Shown piece after piece: positions 27,926 through 37,007 of a stretch of DNA of 64,000 bases. How positions within the stretch are numbered: the stretch's first letter is position 1; each line of letters starts with the position of its first letter. Source of the stretch: Candidatus Micrarchaeia archaeon (GTDB lineage Archaea > Micrarchaeota > Micrarchaeia > Norongarragalinales > Norongarragalinaceae); contig JBAZPG010000001.1 of assembly GCA_041648335.1 (NCBI GenBank), positions 31,880-95,879 on the forward strand, written 5' to 3'. The translations under genes and the position numbers were made by a program. A model generated the notes under the pieces. It was not told the origin of the DNA. It made no database searches and saw only the letters and a program-made list of their open reading frames with translations.

Positions 27926-29641
27926 ATGCTCCTCGCGCTCTTGTTGCTGGCTTCAAGCCTGGCACTCGGACTCGCCGCCGCTGCGCGCGTAACCGAAAAA
28001 AACCAACTTGCTTACGCGCTTCCCATCGCGCTCGCCGCGGGCGCTTGGATTGTCAACCTGGCTACGCTCGCCCTCGGATTCAACGAAACCGCGTTGTATG
28101 CTGCCGTCGCTGCGCAAACAATCCTCGCCGCCGTGCTTTATCGAAAAACAATTTTCAAACATGATAAAGCCGTGCTCTGCTTGCTCGCCGTCGGTTTGCT
28201 GGCGTTCGCCGGACTCGAGAATGCGCGCATGCACTACGATGCCGCGGGTAACCTCGCGGGCGTGCCCATTGACTTGGGTTTCCACACCGCGATAATCACC
28301 ACGCTCGCGAACGGGAACCAACCGCCCGTGAACCCGTTCTACGACGGGCACCCCTTGAACTACTATTACTTCACGCACTCGTATTCCGCCGCGCTCCTGG
28401 TCGGCGGGTTGAACTTGGAAACCGCAGCCGCACTCCCGCCCGTGCTCGCGGGCGCCGCGTTCCTCGCCCTTGTTTACGAGTTCTGTCGCAAGCGATTCCC
28501 CAAGCGCGCCCCCGCCTCGCTTGCCGGCTTCGCGGTCCTCGCCTGCATTCTCATACTATTCAACGGCACGATGGCGTTTGAAAATCTAAATTATCCTTTT
28601 TTTCACAATCAACTGCGCGATTCTGGATTTCCATTTGAAAATATTTTAATTGACTTTTTTATAATAAATTTCAGTGCTGTTTTAGCATTAACTCTAGCCA
28701 TAATTATTTTGAAACTTATTCTTGAAAAGAAAACAGAAGCAGTTTGGTTAACCTCGTTATTACCAATGATAAATCTTCCAACCTTCTTGATTTTGTTAAT
28801 ACCGAATTTGCTTGAAAAAATTAATATTAAAAAAATAATGCTACCCATTGGATTAGCCATCGTTCAAGTGGCAGTACTACTAATACAAAATGCTGAAAAC
28901 TTCACACCCCACTTGCGTCTTGGATGGCTGTCGACTGAACAGAACTTCGCGTCAATCGCCGCATTCTGGCTCAACAACCTCGGACCCTACCTCGTACTCT
29001 CGTTCATCGGCTTGTACTGGCTCAAAAACAAGGACGCCAACCGAATGTGGCTCGCCCTCCTGCCACCCGTAATCCTCGCGAACATCTTCATTTTCACACC
29101 CTACGCGTGGGACAACTTCAAATTCTTCCTGATATTCTTCATCTACACCGCGATACTCTCCGCCTACGCGATAACCGAAATGTGGCGGCGAGGCGCGCCC
29201 TGGCGCATCCTCGCGGGCGCGCTGTTCGTCGTGATGACGCTCACGGGTTTCTTAAGCGTCGCGACGCTCTTGGAGAACTCGAATACTGCGATTTACACGG
29301 CGGCGGACTTGCGCGCGTGCGAATGGATCCAAGAGAATACGCCAAAGGACGCGGTTTTCTTGATTGATAACGAGATGCATTCGTGCCTGCCGGGAATCGC
29401 GGGGCGCCGCGTGTACTTGGGGTTCGGGGAATGGCTGACGAACCATGGGATAGATTATTCGCAGCAACTAGTGGAAAACGAGCGGATGCTTGCAGGAGAT
29501 TGCGTGTTAATTAAGGAGAAAAATGTGAGGTATGCGTACTTCACGGCGAATGTGAAGCCAACCGAGGAACTTGAAGCGGAGTCAACGAGGATTTACGAAG
29601 ATAACTCCCACGTGATTTTACAAATATGCGTTACGGAATAA
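27926..29641 (+). CDS. polytopic membrane protein, putative GT-C-type (PMT/ArnT-like) glycosyltransferase; contains an AT-rich in-frame segment (about 28560-28900)
   Basis: 571 aa, more than 10 TM helices, large C-terminal soluble domain. Confidence 0.5.
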   Translation: MLLALLLLASSLALGLAAAARVTEKNQLAYALPIALAAGAWIVNLATLALGFNETALYAAVAAQTILAAVLYRKTIFKHDKAVLCLLAVGLLAFAGLENARMHYDAAGNLAGVPIDLGFHTAIITTLANGNQPPVNPFYDGHPLNYYYFTHSYSAALLVGGLNLETAAALPPVLAGAAFLALVYEFCRKRFPKRAPASLAGFAVLACILILFNGTMAFENLNYPFFHNQLRDSGFPFENILIDFFIINFSAVLALTLAIIILKLILEKKTEAVWLTSLLPMINLPTFLILLIPNLLEKINIKKIMLPIGLAIVQVAVLLIQNAENFTPHLRLGWLSTEQNFASIAAFWLNNLGPYLVLSFIGLYWLKNKDANRMWLALLPPVILANIFIFTPYAWDNFKFFLIFFIYTAILSAYAITEMWRRGAPWRILAGALFVVMTLTGFLSVATLLENSNTAIYTAADLRACEWIQENTPKDAVFLIDNEMHSCLPGIAGRRVYLGFGEWLTNHGIDYSQQLVENERMLAGDCVLIKEKNVRYAYFTANVKPTEELEAESTRIYEDNSHVILQICVTE

Positions 29642-29841
29642 GCATTCAAACACTACCGTTGTGGATTGTTTGGTGGCTTTGGCAATCGGGGCAGCCACAC
29701 TTGACATCCGCTCTAGCATAGTAAACGCGGTTCCCAGACTGATTCTGGGTCGTCCAACCGTTCTTTGAGGCTTTAACGCCCTTCTGCTTTGCAATTTCCA
29801 AACCGCGTTCCTGTCGAGATTCCATTTCATTTCACCTTTGT

Positions 29842-29930
29842 TTCTATATAGAATAAGGTGTAAAGGAGATTTAACCCCCTCCATATAGTGGTTCGTTATA
29901 GAAACATATTTATATTAGTTCTATATAGAA
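29842..29930. promoter_or_regulatory. two copies of perfect 12-bp palindrome TTCTATATAGAA (29842-29853, 29919-29930) 77 bp apart upstream of a small ORF + DNA methyltransferase; operator/TATA-like
   Basis: read directly; each palindrome contains TATATA. Confidence 0.4.
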
Positions 29931-29935
29931 CACTT

Positions 29936-30106
29936 ATGGCTAAAATCGCCGAGTATATTGTTAAAATCTATTCTTCTAAAGACAAAAAGAAGCTCAAAGC
30001 AGGTTTGAAGGAATACGAATACGGAACAATCAACATTAGAGACCCCGGACTAAAAGAACACATAGGGGAAACCGTAACCGTCAAAGTCGAAAAGGCGAGA
30101 AAATGA
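29936..30106 (+). CDS. small basic protein (56 aa) preceding the methyltransferase, possible R-M controller/regulator
   Basis: MAKIAEYIVKIYSSKDKKKLKAGLKEYEYGTINIRDPGLKEHIGETVTVKVEKARK; AT-rich codon usage like the island. Confidence 0.35.
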   Translation: MAKIAEYIVKIYSSKDKKKLKAGLKEYEYGTINIRDPGLKEHIGETVTVKVEKARK

Positions 30107-30115
30107 AAACTAAAT

Positions 30116-31075
30116 TTGGATACTAGGGCTGCTAAATTGACTGTTAAAAGTTTAAAAAACGAAACGAAGAACACTAATACGCTTATTCCTAATCTTGCAA
30201 AAAACATAGACTACCTTAACACTCTACCTTCAAAAATAGCATCAATTTCAACCACCCACCGTTTGATTTTTGGCGATGCTAGAAACTTGTCTAAGATTGA
30301 AAATGAAACCGTACAATTAGTAGTAACCTCGCCACCATATTGGACTTTGAAAGAATACAACCAGATTGACGGTCAACTTGGGCACATCCAAGATTACGCT
30401 ATATTTCTTGAAGAACTCGATAAAATATGGACCGAATGCTTTAGAGTGCTAATTCCGGGCGGTCGTCTGATCATAGTGGTTGGAGATGTTTGTTTAAGCA
30501 GAAAAAAACACGGTCGACACCAAGTTATTCCTCTTCATGCAGATATTCAGACCCGCTGTCGTAACATTGGTTTCGATAATCTTGCGTCAATTATTTGGCA
30601 TAAGATTGCTAATGCAAAATATGAAGTCAAAGGTAATGGAAAAGGCTTTTTAGGTAAACCCTATGAACCAAACGCCATAATCAAGAATGATGTTGAATTC
30701 ATTCTTATGGAGAGAAAGCCAGGTGGATATCGCAAACCAACTGATAAAACGAGACTACTTAGTCTTATTCCACAAGAAAAATACAAGATTTGGTTTACTC
30801 AAGTTTGGGAAGGAGTTCGTGGCGCGTCTACGAAGGTGCACCCTGCACCGTTTCCAGAAGAATTAGCAGATAGACTAATCCGAATGTATAGTTTTGTTGG
30901 TGATACTGTATTAGATCCATTCTTAGGAACGGGCACCACTACCGTAGCTGCACTTAAATCTGGCAGAAATAGTCTTGGCGTAGAACTTGATCCCAAATAC
31001 CTCGAATTAGCAAAAAAACGGATTAATGCCACGATTTCTGAATCTAACGCAAATGCAACGTTGTTACTAGAATAG
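30116..31075 (+). CDS. DNA methyltransferase, beta-class amino-MTase (N4-cytosine or N6-adenine; SPPY motif IV before FxGxG motif I)
   Basis: LVVTSPPYW ... VLDPFLGTGTT. Confidence 0.8.
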   Translation: MDTRAAKLTVKSLKNETKNTNTLIPNLAKNIDYLNTLPSKIASISTTHRLIFGDARNLSKIENETVQLVVTSPPYWTLKEYNQIDGQLGHIQDYAIFLEELDKIWTECFRVLIPGGRLIIVVGDVCLSRKKHGRHQVIPLHADIQTRCRNIGFDNLASIIWHKIANAKYEVKGNGKGFLGKPYEPNAIIKNDVEFILMERKPGGYRKPTDKTRLLSLIPQEKYKIWFTQVWEGVRGASTKVHPAPFPEELADRLIRMYSFVGDTVLDPFLGTGTTTVAALKSGRNSLGVELDPKYLELAKKRINATISESNANATLLLE

Positions 31076-31110
31076 GCTTAGTTTTAAACGAGTTTGTTTT
31101 TCGTATTAGC

Positions 31111-31836
31111 ATGCCTATAACCGGCGATAGTTGTATAGCCGAATACTTACAAACACATCAATATCACCCGCGTTCAGATGCGCATGGAAACGAATTGGCG
31201 CGACTTATTGTTAAAGACTTAATGGAAAACTGCAAAGTGTTTAGAGAAGCAGCTTTATCGAAGCGCATTGTATTCGAATTGAATTATACTATCGGAAATG
31301 GTTTTGATAGCTGGAATATGGATTTAGTGGTCGGACCCCCAGAAAACCTCAACAAAATAGAAAAAACAGATTTAAATATTTTTAGAGGAATACCGAAAGA
31401 AATTTGGTTGGCTATTGATGCTAAATCAATTATGACTGAGCATAAGAAAGCGAGAAGAAATCGACAACGAGACCTTAATTCACTACAAGATTTATTACAT
31501 AGAAAGAATTCTAACACAATAGTAGCGGGAATCGTCGTAGTAAATATGTCCAAGAAATTTAAGTCTCCATTGAGGAACGGAGAGATAACTTTACATCCAA
31601 ATGTAGAAAATACCATAACCGAAACAATAGAGATGCTAAAACAAAATTTAAAGCAAGGAAATAACGAAAATGGGCTTGAGGCGTTAGGGGTAATTGTGGT
31701 AGATCATACTAATTTAGTTGATGACCAAACTAAGCTAATTGCTACGCCCCCTGCGCCTTCTTCATCTGACCGAATATTCTATAAAAACTTCATAACCGAA
31801 CTTTGTACTCTTTTTTCAGATAGACATGGGCAATAA
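31111..31836 (+). CDS. putative type II restriction endonuclease (PD-(D/E)xK-like D...DAK)
   Basis: follows MTase by 35 nt; MDLVVG...WLAIDAKS candidate catalytic motif. Confidence 0.45.
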   Translation: MPITGDSCIAEYLQTHQYHPRSDAHGNELARLIVKDLMENCKVFREAALSKRIVFELNYTIGNGFDSWNMDLVVGPPENLNKIEKTDLNIFRGIPKEIWLAIDAKSIMTEHKKARRNRQRDLNSLQDLLHRKNSNTIVAGIVVVNMSKKFKSPLRNGEITLHPNVENTITETIEMLKQNLKQGNNENGLEALGVIVVDHTNLVDDQTKLIATPPAPSSSDRIFYKNFITELCTLFSDRHGQ

Positions 31837-31900
31837 GGAACAAGGGGCTACGCTACTTTTTTTTTAAATATGCGAAAACAATAAAAGATATATGCTTTTC

Positions 31901-32815
31901 TTAGCTTATTTGCGGAGGCAGTTGGCTCAGCAAGCTATTATTTAGATATGATGCGGTAACCAAGCCCGGTATACCTGCAAACGAATCAATCATTCCAATA
32001 ACTTTGTCGGTAGTGGGGTTTATCACCGGACCCCCACTATTACCAAAAGTTACTGCCGCATCTTCTATAGCAAACGTTGGACTTAACGGCGTATTCCAAA
32101 AGTTTGAATTATTGTGAGCTATAGTCCCTACGTTAGCTACTTGTTCAAAAAGTCCATTTGGAGTCTGGGTTACGCCTAACGGATATCCAATAAACGCAAT
32201 ACGCATTCCTTTTGGAATTGAATAACTTTCTGATAAGGTCACGGCGGGCATGTTTACCGTTGCCTTAAGTATTATTACATCGGTGCCGATTTTTAATCTA
32301 TAATCTTCAAATGAAAATCTGGTTCCATCGCGTTTAAACCCAGTTAAGTTCAAGTGAGTGAAATAAGACGTGGGTAAATCAACCATGTGAACCGCAGTAA
32401 TCAAATAACCATCATTTCGTATGATAAAACCGGCGCCTAACGGAACTGGGCGACCTTGAGAATCAGTACCAAACAATTCTATTGTTGATTCAGATAAACT
32501 AGCAATAGATTGGGTTAATGCGGACTCGTTTTGAAGTTCGTTTACTGAATAATTTACGCTATTAATTTGTGTAACGAGTGCAGCCGTAGTATTCGTTTCT
32601 GCTTTCGTTGCTAATTGAAGTTGCATACCTTGAAAACCGGATTGTATTTGCCCGTTAAGCGAAAGATAAGCTCCCACTCCTAACGCCAAAACAACCAAAA
32701 ATCCGGCTACTACCCACCCCGCGTTCATAACTAAAGTTGTTGGGTTATCTCGTATAATAATAACCACTTTTCCGTCAATTGACGGCATTTTGCGGGGTTT
32801 GTTTGGCTTGCTCAT
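31901..32815 (-). CDS. membrane-anchored trypsin-like (S1) serine protease
   Basis: TAVHMV (His), GNSGGPV (Ser) motifs; N-terminal TM helix. Confidence 0.7.
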   Translation of the reverse strand: MSKPNKPRKMPSIDGKVVIIIRDNPTTLVMNAGWVVAGFLVVLALGVGAYLSLNGQIQSGFQGMQLQLATKAETNTTAALVTQINSVNYSVNELQNESALTQSIASLSESTIELFGTDSQGRPVPLGAGFIIRNDGYLITAVHMVDLPTSYFTHLNLTGFKRDGTRFSFEDYRLKIGTDVIILKATVNMPAVTLSESYSIPKGMRIAFIGYPLGVTQTPNGLFEQVANVGTIAHNNSNFWNTPLSPTFAIEDAAVTFGNSGGPVINPTTDKVIGMIDSFAGIPGLVTASYLNNSLLSQLPPQIS

Positions 32816-32922
32816 TTTAGCTCGCCCCCGGGACTTTTTGAGCAGTTTTCAGACATTTTTAGCAACTCCAACTTTTTTAGCAAAGCCACCTAAAGGAAAA
32901 CCGTTAAATTCCCCACGTTTTT

Positions 32923-34050
32923 ATGCTCAGAGGAGGGTGTTGCATTTTGAAGAAAATCTTTTTGCTGTTGACCGCGTGTTTCCTGTTGGCGGGTTGCATT
33001 GAAAGCGAACCGGAACCCTCGTGGGTTCCCGAAACCGGGGTTACGCCCTCGCCGGCAATCGAACCCACGCCGTCGCCTTCGCCAACGGCGAACGCCACGC
33101 CCTCGGTTTTACCGTCGCCCACCATTGCTGCGACGCCGTCGCCGAGCCCGTCGCCTTCACCCGAACCCAGCGAGATGCCCTCGTGCTCCATCACATTACA
33201 ATCGCTTGGAACCGCGCAGAAACGCGTAATCGTCTCGTTCGTGAACATCCTGGAGAACGAAGCCGAAATACGGTGCTCACCCGTCTCGGCATGGCACGAA
33301 TTCGATTTGAACGCCCAGAAAACAGGATACTACGACTGCCAGTACGTCCAAAACGCCACGTCGTTCACTTACACGGCGACCGCGCGCGCGGGAACCGTGG
33401 AATGCCAAGTCGCGATAATCATCGACGCGTCCTCTTACTCGTACGAATGGACGGTCACGCCCTCGAGCGACGCGTTCACGATTGAGAAAACCGTTGGCAA
33501 CACCACGACGCGTTCGTACTCGCTCAACAACACGGGCACCGGAACGCTTGCGAGCGTTAACGCAACGTCCAGCCAAACTTGGGCAACGCTTTCCTCGATT
33601 TCGTCGAGCGTCTCGCCAGCGGCAGTTGGAAGCGCAGGATTCCTGTTCAACGCCGCAAGCTTGAGCGTTGGCACGCACACGGCTACGTTAACATTCTCGG
33701 CGGCTAACGCAGCGAACAAGACGGTTGCGGTAACGCTCACGGTTACGGAAACCGCCACACTCGTGCCGTCGTGCACCACCGCGTCCGCGAGCCCGGCAAC
33801 CGTGAACACCACCGCGGGACCGAACACCTCGGTGATAACAATGAACTACCTTGGTTTCGCGGGAGTGTTAACGCCAGTATTCTCCTGCGGCTTCGGAATC
33901 GCGCCTGTTGGCGCCTGCGGGCTCACGCCCGCCGGCTCGTGCACCGCCACGTGCGATTACGCGGGCGCGCCCGTTGCGGCTTACGCTGCGACGAGCAGCT
34001 TGAACGGAACCGTGTGCTCGGGAAGCGTTGCGGTCACCGTACAGAATTGA
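32923..34050 (+). CDS. secreted Cys-rich protein, lipoprotein-like signal (..LLAGC), PSPSP linker, C-terminal copy of the Cys-rich module seen in the giant surface protein
   Basis: MKKIFLLLTACFLLAGCIES; C-terminal FSCGFGIAPVGACGLTPAGSCTATCDYAGAP.. Confidence 0.65.
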   Translation: MLRGGCCILKKIFLLLTACFLLAGCIESEPEPSWVPETGVTPSPAIEPTPSPSPTANATPSVLPSPTIAATPSPSPSPSPEPSEMPSCSITLQSLGTAQKRVIVSFVNILENEAEIRCSPVSAWHEFDLNAQKTGYYDCQYVQNATSFTYTATARAGTVECQVAIIIDASSYSYEWTVTPSSDAFTIEKTVGNTTTRSYSLNNTGTGTLASVNATSSQTWATLSSISSSVSPAAVGSAGFLFNAASLSVGTHTATLTFSAANAANKTVAVTLTVTETATLVPSCTTASASPATVNTTAGPNTSVITMNYLGFAGVLTPVFSCGFGIAPVGACGLTPAGSCTATCDYAGAPVAAYAATSSLNGTVCSGSVAVTVQN

Positions 34051-34789
34051 ACGCTTGAGAGAGTTCCACGAGCTCTTCCACGGTGAGCGAACGCACCTTG
34101 CGCTCCTTCAACGCGAGCGAGTCCGAGAAATCGGCTAGCTCGCCCTTGCTTTTGGAGAGTTGACGCTCCGAATGGCGCAGGGCGTTGCGCACGCTCTGGT
34201 TCTTGTGCTGGAACAAGGCGTTGACGAGGTTCGCGTCCACGGGTGCGGCTTCGTGGCGTTCGAGTTTCACGATGGCTGAATCCACGCGGGGCTTCGGGTC
34301 AAAGCACTCCGCAGGTACGAAACCGATTGTCTCCGCATCGGCGTAAGCGGCAGTCATCACGGTGAGCCGCGAGTATTCGCGCGAGTCCGGCAGAGCCGAA
34401 AGACGCTGCACGAACTCCTTTTGTAACATGAACACCGCCAGCGGGGTGCGGGACTCGAGGAAGCGGAACAACAGTGGGGACGACAGGTGGTAAGGTAGGT
34501 TTCCGTAGATTGCGTCAAAGCCATCGAAGGAATATTCGAGCGCGTCCCCGCGCATCACGGTCACGTTCTTGACTTTTGAAAAATCGCCCGCGAGCTTTTC
34601 AGCGAGTCGCGAGTCTATTTCAAGCGCGGTGACGTGCTTGGCGCGTTCCGCGAGCTCGCGAGTCAACGCCCCCGCACCAGCCCCGATTTCCAGCACGCGT
34701 TTGCCCTTCAGGGGGATTGCGTCCGCGATTAAACGGGCTATGGCTGGCGAATTCAGGAACACCTGACTCAAGCGCTTGTACTGGCGCAC
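34034..34789 (-). CDS. ksgA: 16S rRNA (adenine1518/1519-N6)-dimethyltransferase KsgA/Dim1
   Basis: QVFL, VLEIGAGAGALT, GNLPY motifs. Confidence 0.9.
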   Translation of the reverse strand: MRQYKRLSQVFLNSPAIARLIADAIPLKGKRVLEIGAGAGALTRELAERAKHVTALEIDSRLAEKLAGDFSKVKNVTVMRGDALEYSFDGFDAIYGNLPYHLSSPLLFRFLESRTPLAVFMLQKEFVQRLSALPDSREYSRLTVMTAAYADAETIGFVPAECFDPKPRVDSAIVKLERHEAAPVDANLVNALFQHKNQSVRNALRHSERQLSKSKGELADFSDSLALKERKVRSLTVEELVELSQAFNSVR

Positions 34790-34793
34790 GGCT

Positions 34794-35357
34794 CTAGTAC
34801 CCGTCTTCCTTCTTTATGGGCTTCGAGAAAAGGTAGTACTTCGCGTCCCCGCCGAGCTCGTGCTCGATGCGCTGGGCGATTAGATCCTCGATGCGTCCGA
34901 GGTGGGGGACGCGCGCGTGCACGTCCGCGAACGACTCGAACGGCTTCTTCTCGCGCTGCTCCAAGAGGACGGTGAGGTGCTTCTTGCCGACTGCAGGCAA
35001 GTGCTCGAGGGAGTGCGAACGGATGTTGATTGCCCCCGCGCGGTTCAGGAACTCCACGAAACGCGGCTCGCGCTCCTTCACTATGCGTAGGAGCTGGGTG
35101 CGGCACTCGTGCTGGGCTGCGTTAGTCAACTCGCGCCAGGTGATGCGCCCCTTGATGCGGTCGATTTTCGGGCGCTCGTCCTTGCCCACGTAAACGGTTT
35201 CGCCGGGCGAGAGCACCACGCCCAACTTAGGGGTGGCTTCGAGTAGGGTGAACTGCGCGTCGCCCAACAGCTGGACTACGGGCTCCTTGCGCGCCTCCGC
35301 GGACTTGCCGTATGGAAGGAAATCCAAAACCAGTGCCTGCTCTTCCCTGCCGAACAT
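34794..35357 (-). CDS. DUF655/COG1491 nucleic-acid-binding protein (HhH)
   Basis: conserved position between rpoF and ksgA; HhH-like FLNRAG..L..LPAVG. Confidence 0.65.
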   Translation of the reverse strand: MFGREEQALVLDFLPYGKSAEARKEPVVQLLGDAQFTLLEATPKLGVVLSPGETVYVGKDERPKIDRIKGRITWRELTNAAQHECRTQLLRIVKEREPRFVEFLNRAGAINIRSHSLEHLPAVGKKHLTVLLEQREKKPFESFADVHARVPHLGRIEDLIAQRIEHELGGDAKYYLFSKPIKKEDGY

Positions 35358-35404
35358 GTTCTTCTAACCCCTTAGTTTTCTTGTTTCCGGGAATAATAAG
35401 GCTT

Positions 35405-35746
35405 TCAGGCTTTCGAGGGCTTGAACTTTTTGATGAGCGCGGTGATTTCCTTCACCTGGTCCTCGGACACAGGATGCTCCGTCTCAACGCCGAGCACTAC
35501 CTTGATTTCCGTGGGCTTGCCGGGCAGGATGTTCACGAGAAGCGCGATTTGCGCTTCCGTGAGGCAGTCGAGCGCCTTGAGTTGTTTCGCGAGGTCCTTC
35601 GCCTTCTTGACGGGCAGGTAAGAGAACTGCTGGAGGTAGTCGAGGGTGTTCTGCTGCTCGTAGCTGAGCTCGCCCTCCTTCTGGCGTTTCTCCATAATTT
35701 CGCGTGCCTCAGCGAGGCTTACGGGCTTTTCCTTCAACGACTGCAT
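35405..35746 (-). CDS. rpoF: DNA-directed RNA polymerase subunit F (Rpo4/Rpb4)
   Basis: 113 aa, conserved L21e-RpoF-DUF655-KsgA synteny, sequence similarity to RpoF. Confidence 0.75.
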   Translation of the reverse strand: MQSLKEKPVSLAEAREIMEKRQKEGELSYEQQNTLDYLQQFSYLPVKKAKDLAKQLKALDCLTEAQIALLVNILPGKPTEIKVVLGVETEHPVSEDQVKEITALIKKFKPSKA

Positions 35747-35753
35747 TTTTCAT

Positions 35754-36035
35754 TCACCGTAAAACCGTCATGTGCAGGTTCGACAATATGAGGAGCTTGC
35801 GTTTGCCGCCGTCCATTACGACGACTTCGTAAGCCTTCCCGCGCTTCGCCTGGATGACGCCCACCTTGTTCTTGAACCGCAAGTTGCTCGGCCGCCCCTT
35901 CTGGCGGGACGGGTCCGGGGTGATGCGCACGCGGTCCCCTTCCTTGAGGACGCGCAGCTGGCGCGTGATGGACGCTTTCCCCAGGCTATTGAAATTCCTG
36001 CCGTGTTTCGAATAAACGCCTTTTGAACGCTTCAA
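35754..36035 (-). CDS. rpl21e: 50S ribosomal protein L21e
   Basis: MKRSKGVYSKHGRNF...GDRV...P...KG.P..RF.GK.G.I. Confidence 0.85.
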   Translation of the reverse strand: MKRSKGVYSKHGRNFNSLGKASITRQLRVLKEGDRVRITPDPSRQKGRPSNLRFKNKVGVIQAKRGKAYEVVVMDGGKRKLLILSNLHMTVLR

Positions 36036-36143
36036 GATAAACCACCTGCTAAAAACCGGTTGACGAAAAACATTTGCGCACGGGATTATTAAAACCTTGT
36101 CCCGCGCGTTTAAAAATACCTTTTTAAACCCCGTGGGGTAAAG

Positions 36144-36151
36144 TTTTTAAA
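36144..36151 (+). promoter_or_regulatory. TATA box TTTTTAAA about 24 nt before ATG 36175 (leaderless transcript likely); second TATA-like TTTAAAAATA at 36109-36118
   Basis: read directly. Confidence 0.4.
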
Positions 36152-36174
36152 GGCATTTGTGGGTGGTCGGTCGT

Positions 36175-36504
36175 ATGGTAAAGAGCAAGGCTCCTAAGAT
36201 GAACGTGAACTTCAAAGTCGAGAACATAGTCGCTAGCGCCGCGTTGGGCGTGGAACTCGACTTGTTCAACATCGCGATGCACCTGAACAACGTGGAATAC
36301 GAGCCGGAACAGTTCCCGGGCGCCATAATGCGCCTCAAAGACATCGGCACCACGCTCCTCCTGTTCAAGAACGGGAAGGTAATCTGCTCGGGCGCGAAGA
36401 GCGAGGCCCAGATTGCGAAGAGCATCCGCAAGGCGTCCGAGATACTCAAGAAGTACGTTAAGAAGCCGGACGCGAAGAAGCCCGAAGTAAAGAAAACCGC
36501 GTGA
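36175..36504 (+). CDS. single-repeat TATA-binding-protein-like protein (one TBP fold repeat + Lys-rich tail)
   Basis: KVENIVASAALGVELDLFNIAMHLNNVEYEPEQFPGAIMRLKDIGTTLLLFKNGKVICSGAKSEAQIAKSIRKA aligns with a TBP repeat (ENIVAS..LDL....EYEPEQFPG..YR...P....LLF.SGK.V.TGAKS); only about 109 aa; the ORF track shows a TTG-extended start at 36157. Confidence 0.7.
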   Translation: MVKSKAPKMNVNFKVENIVASAALGVELDLFNIAMHLNNVEYEPEQFPGAIMRLKDIGTTLLLFKNGKVICSGAKSEAQIAKSIRKASEILKKYVKKPDAKKPEVKKTA

Positions 36505-36537
36505 GAAAGCGTTTTAAACCAGGGCGTCAACAGTACT

Positions 36538-36656
36538 AGCGGACAGCGGTCATAGGAGAGGGGCATACGCTCGTTCCCGTTCCGAACACGAAAGCAAAGC
36601 CCTCTTACGACTTCGCGAGTACTGTCTTATGACGGGAAAGCGGGTTGCTGCTGCCA
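36538..36656 (+). rRNA. rrf: 5S ribosomal RNA (stand-alone)
   Basis: CGGUCAUAG...GGGG.CAUAC...UUCCGAAC.CGAAAG..AAGCCC...GAGUACUG... collinear with archaeal 5S; ends uncertain by a few nt. Confidence 0.7.
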
Positions 36657-36689
36657 CTCTTTGAACTCCGAGCGCGAGCGCCGCTAAAC

Positions 36690-36881
36690 CTACTTTCCGT
36701 ATTTCTTCGAGAGGCGGTTGAGCTCCTTCAAAAGCGGCTTCCGCCAGTCGTCCTCCAACTGCGACTTAATCAGCTTAATCGTTGCTGCGTCTTGTTTTGA
36801 AGGATTCGTTTTTTCAAGCGACTTGCATTTCGACAGGATTTCGACGTCGATTGCAGTCGGCAACGGGTACTTCTTTGTCAT
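36690..36881 (-). CDS. small hypothetical protein (63 aa)
   Basis: ORF only. Confidence 0.3.
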   Translation of the reverse strand: MTKKYPLPTAIDVEILSKCKSLEKTNPSKQDAATIKLIKSQLEDDWRKPLLKELNRLSKKYGK

Positions 36882-37007
36882 AAACGAATGAACCGCGGAT
36901 GGAATTAAACGGTTTGCCCGCCAATTCGGGCGGCTAAGTAAAACTTATTTAAACGGACTCGCGAGCGCCGCGAAGGTTAAAAAGCGCGCGCGGGTTAATG
37001 CTGACTT

